Of a stretch of 53,991 nucleotides of DNA, positions 27,048 to 36,007 are shown one piece after another; position 1 is the stretch's first letter, and every line of letters starts with the position of its first letter. Source of the stretch: a virus (lineage: Duplodnaviria > Caudoviricetes); the IMG/VR virus record IMGVR_UViG_3300045999_000337, positions 1 through 53,991 of that record, one strand, 5' to 3'. The notes beneath the pieces are model-generated. The model was not told where the DNA came from. It did no database searches and was given only the letters and a program-made list of their open reading frames with translations. Both the position numbers and the translations under genes were made by a program.

Positions 27048-29119
27048 TGGTCAAGAAGGTTTTTACTATCGACACGTTGCCCGGCGTCCAACGGGACGGC
27101 ACGATTTTCGATATGAACTTCTACACAGACGCACTTTGGGTGCGTTTTCAACGTGGGCGTCCTCGTAAGATTGGCGGCTACCGCGCCATCACCAGTGACG
27201 CTAAGGGATACTCTCGCGGGCTATACGTCAACTCCGTAGATGGCAACAACCAAGTATTCAACGGCTACAACAATGGCCTTGAAGTTCTCAACATCGACAA
27301 CAACGGCGTCGGCTCTGGCATTAACCAAATAAACTTTGGCTCCAATATTTTGACGCTAGGCACAGTAACTGGCGGCACTGCCTACACCAACGGAACCTAC
27401 ACTGCCGTGGCGCTTACTGGCGGCACAGGTACAGGTGCAATAGCCACCATCGTAGTCGCTGGCAACACCGTGACCACAGTCACCATCACCAACGGCGGCA
27501 ACTACTACAACGTAGGCGACGTTCTGAGCGCACCAGCGGCAAGCATTGGCGGAACTGGCTCAGGCTTCTCCGTCCTAGTGGCAACCGTCAATGGCTCGTT
27601 CATTCCAAGCGATTTGAACCTGTGGCAATTTGACTCCATGTTTGACTCGCAGGGAAGCAACAATCAATTACTGTTGGCTCACGCTGGTCAAAACCTTGCA
27701 CAGACCGACGCCATCGTGAACACCATTGTGTTTGCTGGCGACATCAGCGGAACCAATATGTCTCCTTTGGCTGACACGTCAGGCTCTACTCCAACAAACG
27801 ACCTGATTGAAGTATCTGGTGGTGTGGTGGTGCTTCACCCTTACGTCTTTGTCTATGGTGACAACGGCCTCATCAAGAACTGCACAGCAGGCAATCCATT
27901 CAATTGGAACGGCGCGGACGCCAACGAGACAAACGTGTCGTCGACCAAGATTGTCAAAGGTCTGCCAGTGCGTGGCGGCTCCAACGCTCCTTCGGGTTTG
28001 TTCTGGTCGCTGGACTCGCTGATTCGCGTCAGCTACACACCTACCACCGTGACGGTTGCAGGTTCTCCTCAGACCTTCTACTGGCGCTATGACATCATCT
28101 CTAGCCAGTCTTCTATTTTGTCCAGTCAGTGCGTCATTGAGTACGACGGCATCTACTATTGGATTGGTGTTGACCGCTTCTTGCTCTACAACGGTGTGGT
28201 CAAGGAAATCAAGAACACGTTCAATCAAAACTACTTCTTTGACAATCTGAACTACAACCAACGCCAGAAGGTGTATGCCAACAAGGTTCCTCGCTTTGGC
28301 GAAATCTGGTGGTTCTTCCCATCGGGCGACAGCGAAGAGTGCAACGACTGCATCATCTACAACATCCGTGAAGACTGCTGGTATGACGCTGGACAAGCAT
28401 TAGGTGCATACCGCACTGCTGGTTTCTTCTCAACAGTGTTTCGCTTTCCCATCAACGCTGGCGCAACCTTGAGTGAGTTGACCGAAGTGTTCTCTACCAC
28501 CGCCACCACGGTGAACGGTAGCGCCAACATTGAAATTCCAAACAGCAACTTGGTGTTGTTGGGTCAGCAAGTTATTGGTGCAGGCATCACGAACATTTCG
28601 ATTGTGATTGCAATTGCGCCAAGCGCGACGCCCAATTACTACACCGTCACGTTGGACAACCCTGCCACCGCCTCTGCAACCGTTCCTGTTTCGTTCAATA
28701 CGACCGCAGGTAGGGTTACCCTATGGCAACATGAAATTGGCACTGACGAGGTCATCTTCGAGTCCTCTAACGCCATTGACAGCTTCTTCCAAACCAGCGA
28801 CTTAGGTTTTGTGGCTGGTGGCCCTGCCCAGACCGCGCCCGTGGGCGAGAACTTCTGGGTCAACTTAGAACGTGTCGAGCCTGACTTTGTTCAAGAGGGC
28901 GAGATGACTTTGCAGGTCACAGGGCGTCCTTATGCCCAGTCGCAAGACGTACCCTCGCAAGAGTACCCGTTTGACCCAGATACAGGCAAGATTGATATGC
29001 GCCAACAAAGGCGCGAGATTCGCTTGCGTTTTAGAAGCAACGTGAGCGGTGGTGATTACCAAATGGGAAAGGTGTTGTTGAGCGTGACGCTTGGCGACGT
29101 CAGACCTTTCGGAAACTAA
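27047..29119 (+). CDS. Tail nozzle/DNA-stabilisation protein (P22 gp10/T7 gp12-like) with inserted modules
   Basis: WVRFQRGRPRKIGG, FGEIWWFFP..SEEC...IYN..E..W and KIDMR..R.IRL motifs; upstream of the ejection proteins. Confidence 0.6.
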   Translation: MVKKVFTIDTLPGVQRDGTIFDMNFYTDALWVRFQRGRPRKIGGYRAITSDAKGYSRGLYVNSVDGNNQVFNGYNNGLEVLNIDNNGVGSGINQINFGSNILTLGTVTGGTAYTNGTYTAVALTGGTGTGAIATIVVAGNTVTTVTITNGGNYYNVGDVLSAPAASIGGTGSGFSVLVATVNGSFIPSDLNLWQFDSMFDSQGSNNQLLLAHAGQNLAQTDAIVNTIVFAGDISGTNMSPLADTSGSTPTNDLIEVSGGVVVLHPYVFVYGDNGLIKNCTAGNPFNWNGADANETNVSSTKIVKGLPVRGGSNAPSGLFWSLDSLIRVSYTPTTVTVAGSPQTFYWRYDIISSQSSILSSQCVIEYDGIYYWIGVDRFLLYNGVVKEIKNTFNQNYFFDNLNYNQRQKVYANKVPRFGEIWWFFPSGDSEECNDCIIYNIREDCWYDAGQALGAYRTAGFFSTVFRFPINAGATLSELTEVFSTTATTVNGSANIEIPNSNLVLLGQQVIGAGITNISIVIAIAPSATPNYYTVTLDNPATASATVPVSFNTTAGRVTLWQHEIGTDEVIFESSNAIDSFFQTSDLGFVAGGPAQTAPVGENFWVNLERVEPDFVQEGEMTLQVTGRPYAQSQDVPSQEYPFDPDTGKIDMRQQRREIRLRFRSNVSGGDYQMGKVLLSVTLGDVRPFGN

Positions 29120-29120
29120 T

Positions 29121-29381
29121 ATGGCGCTTGCTGTTGTATACGACCCTCGATACCACACATGGAACTCTTGGTCGAGTCTTATGTGCGAGGCGTATGCGGC
29201 GCAACAGCTATCAATGAACACTCCCGAAGAGGAGTGGCAAAAGTGGGCGGCTGGACTGAAGGCTATCGACGTTTTTGAGAACGAGGGTATCCCCGGCCCC
29301 TACATATACGAGAACTGGTATGACTGGGCGCAAGCCGTAGTCGGAGCAGTCAATCAACCCGCAGAGGACACGGCAACATGA
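29121..29381 (+). CDS. Hypothetical Trp-rich protein
   Basis: ATG 2 nt after the nozzle stop; ATGA overlap with the ACP gene. Confidence 0.65.
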   Translation: MALAVVYDPRYHTWNSWSSLMCEAYAAQQLSMNTPEEEWQKWAAGLKAIDVFENEGIPGPYIYENWYDWAQAVVGAVNQPAEDTAT

Positions 29382-29659
29382 ACTTCATTGAAATCTTTAA
29401 CTATGTGGCAAAGGTGGCGCGACCAGCACACGCCAAAGTAACCATCGCAGAGTCGATGGACGACGTCTTTCAGGAAATCGGATTGGACAGCCTTGATGGG
29501 CTAGTCATGCTGATGTACTTCGACGAACTCTATGGCATTGATGATGCTGTCAGCAAAGAGTGGTCGCCCAAGTCCGTCCAAGAACTCCATGACCTTGTGA
29601 TGGCAAACAAAACCAAAGAGCCAGCGTCTATGGAAGAAGTCGTCGAGGTGTGCAAATGA
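29378..29659 (+). CDS. Acyl carrier protein (ACP)
   Basis: 93 aa, acidic; EIGLDSLD with Ser38 (codon 29489) as the phosphopantetheine site; ..FDELYGI..SVQEL.DLV helices. Confidence 0.85.
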   Translation: MNFIEIFNYVAKVARPAHAKVTIAESMDDVFQEIGLDSLDGLVMLMYFDELYGIDDAVSKEWSPKSVQELHDLVMANKTKEPASMEEVVEVCK

Positions 29660-30765
29660 TTTATCTCACGCACTATCGCACAGCCTGCACCGAAGAGGTC
29701 GAACTCTTTGATGACATCATCTACCCCCAAAAGGTGAACTGGTTCCCAGACACCTACAACCGAACAAAATCTGGTCTGGTCTACGTCCCCCACAAGCTGG
29801 CGGAGAAAGTCCTTGACCCTGAGTTGCTTACCCACCTACGGGAAAATCCTGTGGGCAAGACAGCATTCATTCTTGCTGGCGGCAACGCACACTTTGCTGG
29901 CATCGGTCAGAGAGAGTACAACTCTCGCTTGACCTATACCTACAAGTTCCTGCCATTCACGTTGACGCAGGTCTATGCGGGTCGTATCGCTCAGTCTTTT
30001 GGTGAGATGGACATGGTCACCACCGATGCCAGCGCCTGCGCTTCAAGCCTCAAGGTAATGATGGATGTCCAAAACCTCATCCAGTTTTACAAGTTTGACC
30101 GTGTGATTGTGTTGACAGTCGAAGACGGCGTCTCCAACGCTGTGCTGGAGTTCTTTGGTGATTCCAAGGCAGTGTTGACCGAAAAGCAGGAGCAGGAGGG
30201 CATAAAGCCATCCGCTTTTGATTCGACCAACTTTGGGTTTCGGATTGGTCAGGGCGCGGCTTTGGCGGTATTTGAGTCCCGTGAGGCGGTGGCTCAACAG
30301 CAAATCAAGCCCCATGCTCGTCTGGTGGGGGCTTACAGCGCCTCAGAGCGCTCTACAAACGCAATTGGGCAGTGTGAGGATGGTGAGGGCTTTATTAAGG
30401 CTATGGAGGGCGCAATCCACTATAGCAATATATCCCCTGATGAGATTAAAATAGTCAAAACCCACGGCACTGGAACTGCGTCCAACAACAAGGCTGAAAA
30501 GAACGCCTTGACCCAAACGCTAAAAGCATTCGTTGCAACCTCGTATAAACAAAAAATTGGTCATACGATGGGTAGCAGTGGATTGCTTGAGACACTTTTA
30601 CTTTTAAACGATATTAGGTCTGGCGTTGTTCCAGCGATTGCAAACCGAACTGAAACCGATTCGGTATTCCTTTCGGAATCGACAACACCACCTGATGGTC
30701 TGATAATGAGTCTGGCGGCTGGGATGGGAAACATCTATTCCGCCGCAATATTTAAGGGGATGTGA
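29656..30765 (+). CDS. Beta-ketoacyl-ACP synthase (FabB/FabF-type thiolase fold), divergent N-terminus
   Basis: Cys-His-His triad: DASACASS (Cys codon 30037), KTHGTGT, SYKQKIGHTMGSSG; also GF.IGQGAA and C-terminal AGMGN. Confidence 0.9.
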   Translation: MIYLTHYRTACTEEVELFDDIIYPQKVNWFPDTYNRTKSGLVYVPHKLAEKVLDPELLTHLRENPVGKTAFILAGGNAHFAGIGQREYNSRLTYTYKFLPFTLTQVYAGRIAQSFGEMDMVTTDASACASSLKVMMDVQNLIQFYKFDRVIVLTVEDGVSNAVLEFFGDSKAVLTEKQEQEGIKPSAFDSTNFGFRIGQGAALAVFESREAVAQQQIKPHARLVGAYSASERSTNAIGQCEDGEGFIKAMEGAIHYSNISPDEIKIVKTHGTGTASNNKAEKNALTQTLKAFVATSYKQKIGHTMGSSGLLETLLLLNDIRSGVVPAIANRTETDSVFLSESTTPPDGLIMSLAAGMGNIYSAAIFKGM

Positions 30766-31208
30766 TGCTGGTCGATAGCAAAAAGAAACAACTAGGTCAA
30801 GAGGCAATCGTGATGATTGCGGCTCAGGAGACCAAGTCACCACACCCCGCGTCCACCATCTATGCGGCAATGGTCAAAGAGATGAATATGCCCGGCACAT
30901 CCATCGTGCGCGAAGGCAACACTCTTTTTGTCATCCACGTTGGAGAGGGTCGTGTTGGATTTTTCCGCGCACTGAATGCAGACACCGCCCGCAACTACCT
31001 AGAGAGTTCATACGCCTTCATTCAAGCCGCGTACAAGATGGGCTTTGACGTCCTCGTAAGCGACTTTGAAGACCCGACCATTATGAACATATTTAAAGCA
31101 ATTTCACGCAACCCTCCTCAAGAGGGCATGGGCTACAGAGCCGAGAGAACCAAAACTGGTTTCCGCGTGACGGTCAAGTTAGGGCCAAAGCGGGCTGAAA
31201 GGGATTAA
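30765..31208 (+). CDS. Hypothetical protein in the slot often held by GNAT-like virion assembly proteins
   Basis: Coupled to the KAS stop (alternative GTG 30762); alternating beta/alpha pattern; GNAT identity is not established. Confidence 0.55.
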   Translation: MLVDSKKKQLGQEAIVMIAAQETKSPHPASTIYAAMVKEMNMPGTSIVREGNTLFVIHVGEGRVGFFRALNADTARNYLESSYAFIQAAYKMGFDVLVSDFEDPTIMNIFKAISRNPPQEGMGYRAERTKTGFRVTVKLGPKRAERD

Positions 31209-31210
31209 AA

Positions 31211-33040
31211 ATGAGCGCAGTTGTAGAAGCAATTTCCGATGCAGTTGGCGACGTATTTGAGGCGGTTGGTGATGTCGTTGAAGACGTTGTTGACTTCGTT
31301 GGTGATGCTATCGAAACGGTTGGTGATGTAGTCCAAGCAGTAATTGACGACCCACTTCCAGTTCTGCTTTCTGTTGCAGGGACTTTTGTAGGCATCCCAC
31401 CAGCCATCACAATGGGCGCGGTTACTGCGGCGCGAGGCGGAGACCTTGAGGACGTTGTTCTGTCTATGGGTACGGCGTACTTTGCGCCTAGCGTTGGTAA
31501 CGCTATATCTTCTACTGTTTCCTCAGCATTCATTGAAGCTGGCGTAAACGAAACATTCTCTCAAGTTGCAAGCAATTCAATCAGCAAGGGCTTAGTCAAC
31601 GGCGCAATCGCTGAAATCAAAGGCGGCAGTTTTGAAGACGGCTTTGCTGGTGGCTTCACTGGTGGCATGGTCGCTGGCGGTGTTGGCGAAGTTGCCAACT
31701 ACGTCAAGCCAGACGTCATTGAGTTGGCGATGGAAAGCGGCTTAGACCTGCAAGACGCAACTGCTGTTTTCAACGCAGGCACAAGAGCGGTCTCCTCTGG
31801 AGTTACTGCTGAGATAACTGGTCGCGGAGACTTCGCTACCTCATTCACAAACAGCGCTATTGGCTCAGGTATTGACGCTGGCACACGCTCTTTAAACGCC
31901 ACGATTGACGAGCAGTTCCGCACTGCCGCAACTGACTGGAACGAGAAAGAACCTGAAGGCGAACCCGTTGAAGTTGCTACCACTGGCGCTGGTATCCCTA
32001 ATGAAATTGTTGGTCAGGTGACAGTATCTGGCTATGGCGTAGAAAACGATGCAGGAACATTTAATGTTGCCGAAGTATTGGCTGAATCTCAAGATACCCA
32101 AGAGGCTACCAATACGCCCTCATCGAGCATTGGCGAAACGGCAACATCTGACATTTCAGTTCTTCCAGAAACGCAATTAGCTGAAGCGCCTCAAGGTGAG
32201 ACTGTTTACGACTTTGCAGACCTAATTGGTGATGTAACTCCTGTAAGTTCTGCGCCTTCCGAAAACGTCTCTTTGAGCGACGTCATCGCTGACGCTGGTC
32301 TTTCTGATACAGGTTTTGCAGACAACATTTCTTTAAGCGATGTAATTGCTGACGCTGGTATTTCTGATACGGGTCTTACTGGCGATTACTACGATGAGAC
32401 CTCTCTTGCTGACGTCACTGACGAAGAAGATTTTTACGACACCCCAGAAAGTGTCATCGACGTTGCCGAAAACATTCCAACAGACGAAGCGCCTGTTACC
32501 TCAGTTGAGCCAAAAGGCGCGTTGACCACAATTGCTGAAACGACTGTCCCAGCAATTGATTTGGATACCACTGCGCCTGCGGTTGTTTCCGAAGCCCCAG
32601 TATCTGAAAACCTGTTGACTTCTGGATTGGCGGCTGAACAACCTACAGGTGGATTGAACGCTGTTGCACAAGCAGAACAAGTAACGCCTGAAGCTAAGAT
32701 GGCAAGTTCTCTGGGTCTAAAACCCACAGACATTACCAAGCCAATGGTGGCAACTGTAGGTAATTTGCTCAAGCAATCCTTGACGAAAAAGAAGCCTCCT
32801 GTGCGTCGCCCTCCTGCACCTCGACCTGTTGGTGGTTTGCAAATGGCACGCGCAAAGCCTACGGCACGCAAAGCGCCGCCTGCACGCATGGACGTTGCAA
32901 GTCTGATTCCAATACAGAAGGCAACGCCATTGTTAAAAACTCCTACAGCGGCTCCCGCAAAAACTTTAAGCAAGGGCGCTAAGTTGACGCCAATAACTGA
33001 CATTGCGACATTGACATCGCTGGTAAAGAATTCGGGGTAA
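31211..33040 (+). CDS. Putative internal virion/ejection protein
   Basis: Amphipathic acidic N-terminal repeats, Gly/Ala hydrophobic segments, acidic centre, basic C-terminus. Confidence 0.55.
   Translation: MSAVVEAISDAVGDVFEAVGDVVEDVVDFVGDAIETVGDVVQAVIDDPLPVLLSVAGTFVGIPPAITMGAVTAARGGDLEDVVLSMGTAYFAPSVGNAISSTVSSAFIEAGVNETFSQVASNSISKGLVNGAIAEIKGGSFEDGFAGGFTGGMVAGGVGEVANYVKPDVIELAMESGLDLQDATAVFNAGTRAVSSGVTAEITGRGDFATSFTNSAIGSGIDAGTRSLNATIDEQFRTAATDWNEKEPEGEPVEVATTGAGIPNEIVGQVTVSGYGVENDAGTFNVAEVLAESQDTQEATNTPSSSIGETATSDISVLPETQLAEAPQGETVYDFADLIGDVTPVSSAPSENVSLSDVIADAGLSDTGFADNISLSDVIADAGISDTGLTGDYYDETSLADVTDEEDFYDTPESVIDVAENIPTDEAPVTSVEPKGALTTIAETTVPAIDLDTTAPAVVSEAPVSENLLTSGLAAEQPTGGLNAVAQAEQVTPEAKMASSLGLKPTDITKPMVATVGNLLKQSLTKKKPPVRRPPAPRPVGGLQMARAKPTARKAPPARMDVASLIPIQKATPLLKTPTAAPAKTLSKGAKLTPITDIATLTSLVKNSG
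32261..32380 (+). repeat. Two-copy 60-bp coding tandem repeat
   Basis: ENVSLSDVIADAGLSDTGFA / DNISLSDVIADAGISDTGLT. Confidence 0.75.
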
Positions 33041-33043
33041 AAC

Positions 33044-36007
33044 ATGGCTATTCTAAAAAAACGCACATCAAGCAGACAACTCCCAAGCGCAAGGGGGCTT
33101 GACCGCGCACCGCTGGATAGCATCATTCGCGGTGTAGGTAACGCGCCAGCACTCACTGATAAAGGCGACTTGTCAATCACGTCTGCTGGTGGCGTTGGTG
33201 GCTCCAATGCTGTTAAATCCGCAGGCTCTGGAAGCCGCCCCTTCACCTCTGCGTTTACCAACCCAGCGACCAACAGGCCATCAATTACTACAAAGACATC
33301 TTCAATACCCAAGACAGCCTTGGCTCCTAAGACGCCTTTGACAAGCACAACAACAACCACCACAAAACCAACAATCACAAACAAGACGACGACTACACCT
33401 ACAACTAAAACGACGCCTACATCGATTGTAAAAAAACCAACAGTTACGCCAACAAAAACAAACACAAACTCCACTACCAACAAGGTGGTGAACGCGCTCA
33501 CGGGCGCGGCGATTGGTGCTGGAACAAAACTAATCATTGACAAGATTACTGGCAAGCCAACTGTTGTCAAAACTGGCTCTACAGGCTCAAACACCTCTGG
33601 CGGCACAAAGCCTCCCGTTGGTGGGACTCCAAAGCCTCCTACTGGTGGGACTCCCAAACCACCTACTGGCGGAACCGCAAAACCACCTACTAGTGGCGCA
33701 ACACCTCCTGCTGGTGGGACAAAACCGCCTGTTGCCCCTAAGTCTGGCTCAGGCAGTCCAACAAGCGTTATAAAAAATCCTGCAACAGGTTTGCCTACTG
33801 GAACTGGTTTCGGTGATGAAAAAGAAGAGTTCACAACTGACTCTTTAGGTAACACTTACAAAACCATGCCTGACGGAACATCCGTCTTGTATCGCGCCGC
33901 CGAAGTCCCTGAATATGATTTCACAACCGACTCTTTAGGCAACGTCTACAAAACAATGCCTGATGGAACTTCAGAACTTTATCGTGCCGCTGATGTTGCT
34001 GAAGACGAATACACCACCGATTCTTTAGGCAACACCTACAAGACCATGCCTGATGGCACGTCTGTGCTTTATCGTGCCGCAGAGGTTGAGGATGATTTTC
34101 CCACTACAAATGTTGGCGACGACAGCACAACAAACGAGTCTCAATATTTTCAAGATGAAGACGGCAATATTTACATGATGAATTCTGACGGTGGGTATGA
34201 CCTATACCGCGCCGCAGAAGTAGATGAAGATTTTTCTGAACAGCCAGTTGTCGAAGAAGAACAATATTACGACGATGGTGAAGGCAACACTTACATCTTG
34301 AATGACAGTGGCGAATACGAGTTGTATCGCGCCGCTGAAGTGCCAGAAGACATTCTTGAAGAAGACTACGACCTCTTTAACAGAGGTAATGAAGACTACA
34401 CGCCTGTCGAAGACGACAACTACTATGACTACGGCAGTAGTTATGACGACCCTTACTACGATTACGGCAGTAGTTACGACGACACCTATAACGACGACGA
34501 CACTTACTATGACTACGGTGACGACTACCCAGACATAAAACGCGGAGGCTTGATTACTATGATGAAAAAAGGCGGAGTGCCACGTTTTGAAGACGGCGGA
34601 TATTCTGAAACCGACGAAGAAGTTCAACCTTGGCAAAACGTCAATTACAACTACGGTGAAGAAGACGACCCAACAATGACGGGTTACACGTTGACTGGAA
34701 ATCGCAACCCAGTTGGAAACACTTACGAAAGAAATGTTGCCTCGGATGAGGGGGATGACTTCACGCCCGTCCCCGGCCGTCAATACTTTGATGATGGCTC
34801 CTACATTGATACGTTCGATGACGGTAGCACGATGACGTATGACTACGACGGAAACCTCGTTGATACATCAGAGGCTTACCAAACCACAAGGGACGATGAG
34901 GGTAACTACATTGTCACTGACGGTTTTGGAAACATGACCGTTTACGACCAAAGCGGAAACTTAATTCCTTTGGGTGGTGGTCGCGTGAATGCTGGCCCAA
35001 TTACTAACGTAGGTAGCGGAACACGACCGCCAACTCCTAGCGCTCCTCGCAATCCTGATGCTCCACCAGCGCCAACAAATATTGGCTCTGACCTTCTAGA
35101 CACAATCACTGGCGCACTTGGTACAACCGCAGGTGCGGCGGGTGCAGGCGCTTTGATTGCCTCTTTGCTTGGCAGTGATTTTGGTGGTGGTACTGGAACT
35201 CAAAACCAAGGATTGGATATGTCTCAAGTGGGCGTCATCAACCCACGCACGACTGACTTTGGAATTGGCCCAACTCGGTTTGTGGGTTACGAAGACTACG
35301 GCACAAGTGATGGTGACTACACGCCGAATGCTGAGTTGCTGAAGAACCTAAACGCGCCGGGGTACAACCCCGTGAACGAAGGCGACTACGGCTACGAAGA
35401 AGTTGAAGAAGAAGTTCCACAAATGGCTTCTGGTGGCTTGTCCTCAATGGCTACCCCCGTGGCTTCGTACTACACCTTTGGTCAACCTGCTGACATCTTG
35501 GCAAACTTGGGAATGCGTTCGCAACCCCCAATGAACCCACCTGAGATGATGCCCCAGATTGGTCAACAGCAACCTCCCCAGCAAGCACAACAGCAGGGTC
35601 TGCCACAGCAACAACCTCCTCAAATGGCGCAACAAGTGCCACAAGGGATGCCACAGCAGGGCATGATGCCCCAACAGCAGGGTATGCCCCCTCCAATGCG
35701 CAAGGGTGGTTTGCCACACGCCTCAAACGTGCCAATGGTCGAAGGTCGCATGGACTTCCGCAAAGGCGCGGCTGTGCATGGTGCAGGCGATGGACAGTCG
35801 GATGACATCCCAGCTATGCTGGCGGATGGCGAGTATGTGATTGACGCTGAGACCGTGGCTCAGATTGGCAACGGCTCAACTAAGGCAGGCGCAAAGGCTT
35901 TGGACAAGTTCCGAGAGAGCATCCGCGCCCACAAGCGTTCTGCCCCCGTCAACAAGATTCCGCCCAAAACAAAGGCACTGACCTCATACCTTAAAGGAGC
36001 GAAATAA
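33044..36007 (+). CDS. Putative internal virion/ejection protein, repeat-rich, with a C-terminal G.GDGQSDDIPAML.DGEYV domain
   Basis: Thr/Lys/Pro N-terminus, GGTPKPPT repeats, Asp/Tyr-rich repeats, x-x-x-GG motifs, Gln/Pro tract. Confidence 0.65.
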   Translation: MAILKKRTSSRQLPSARGLDRAPLDSIIRGVGNAPALTDKGDLSITSAGGVGGSNAVKSAGSGSRPFTSAFTNPATNRPSITTKTSSIPKTALAPKTPLTSTTTTTTKPTITNKTTTTPTTKTTPTSIVKKPTVTPTKTNTNSTTNKVVNALTGAAIGAGTKLIIDKITGKPTVVKTGSTGSNTSGGTKPPVGGTPKPPTGGTPKPPTGGTAKPPTSGATPPAGGTKPPVAPKSGSGSPTSVIKNPATGLPTGTGFGDEKEEFTTDSLGNTYKTMPDGTSVLYRAAEVPEYDFTTDSLGNVYKTMPDGTSELYRAADVAEDEYTTDSLGNTYKTMPDGTSVLYRAAEVEDDFPTTNVGDDSTTNESQYFQDEDGNIYMMNSDGGYDLYRAAEVDEDFSEQPVVEEEQYYDDGEGNTYILNDSGEYELYRAAEVPEDILEEDYDLFNRGNEDYTPVEDDNYYDYGSSYDDPYYDYGSSYDDTYNDDDTYYDYGDDYPDIKRGGLITMMKKGGVPRFEDGGYSETDEEVQPWQNVNYNYGEEDDPTMTGYTLTGNRNPVGNTYERNVASDEGDDFTPVPGRQYFDDGSYIDTFDDGSTMTYDYDGNLVDTSEAYQTTRDDEGNYIVTDGFGNMTVYDQSGNLIPLGGGRVNAGPITNVGSGTRPPTPSAPRNPDAPPAPTNIGSDLLDTITGALGTTAGAAGAGALIASLLGSDFGGGTGTQNQGLDMSQVGVINPRTTDFGIGPTRFVGYEDYGTSDGDYTPNAELLKNLNAPGYNPVNEGDYGYEEVEEEVPQMASGGLSSMATPVASYYTFGQPADILANLGMRSQPPMNPPEMMPQIGQQQPPQQAQQQGLPQQQPPQMAQQVPQGMPQQGMMPQQQGMPPPMRKGGLPHASNVPMVEGRMDFRKGAAVHGAGDGQSDDIPAMLADGEYVIDAETVAQIGNGSTKAGAKALDKFRESIRAHKRSAPVNKIPPKTKALTSYLKGAK
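33598..33730 (+). repeat. Short coding repeats GGT(P/A)KPP(T/V)
   Basis: GGTKPPVGGTPKPPTGGTPKPPTGGTAKPPTSG..GGTKPP. Confidence 0.75.
33827..34342 (+). repeat. ~30-aa coding repeats: three near-identical and two degenerate copies
   Basis: (F/Y)TTDSLGN(T/V)YKTMPDGTS.LYRAA(E/D)V x3, then QDEDGNIY..LYRAAEV and DDGEGNTY..LYRAAEV. Confidence 0.85.

Noticed and set aside
29378-30765. Host contamination or a prophage flank explaining the ACP/KAS genes
   Set aside because: Both genes overlap phage genes by shared stop/start codons on both sides within a circular genome, and no other host genes are nearby
32434-33855. 473-aa minus-strand ORF
   Set aside because: Antisense shadow of two low-complexity + strand structural genes; no SD or recognisable domain
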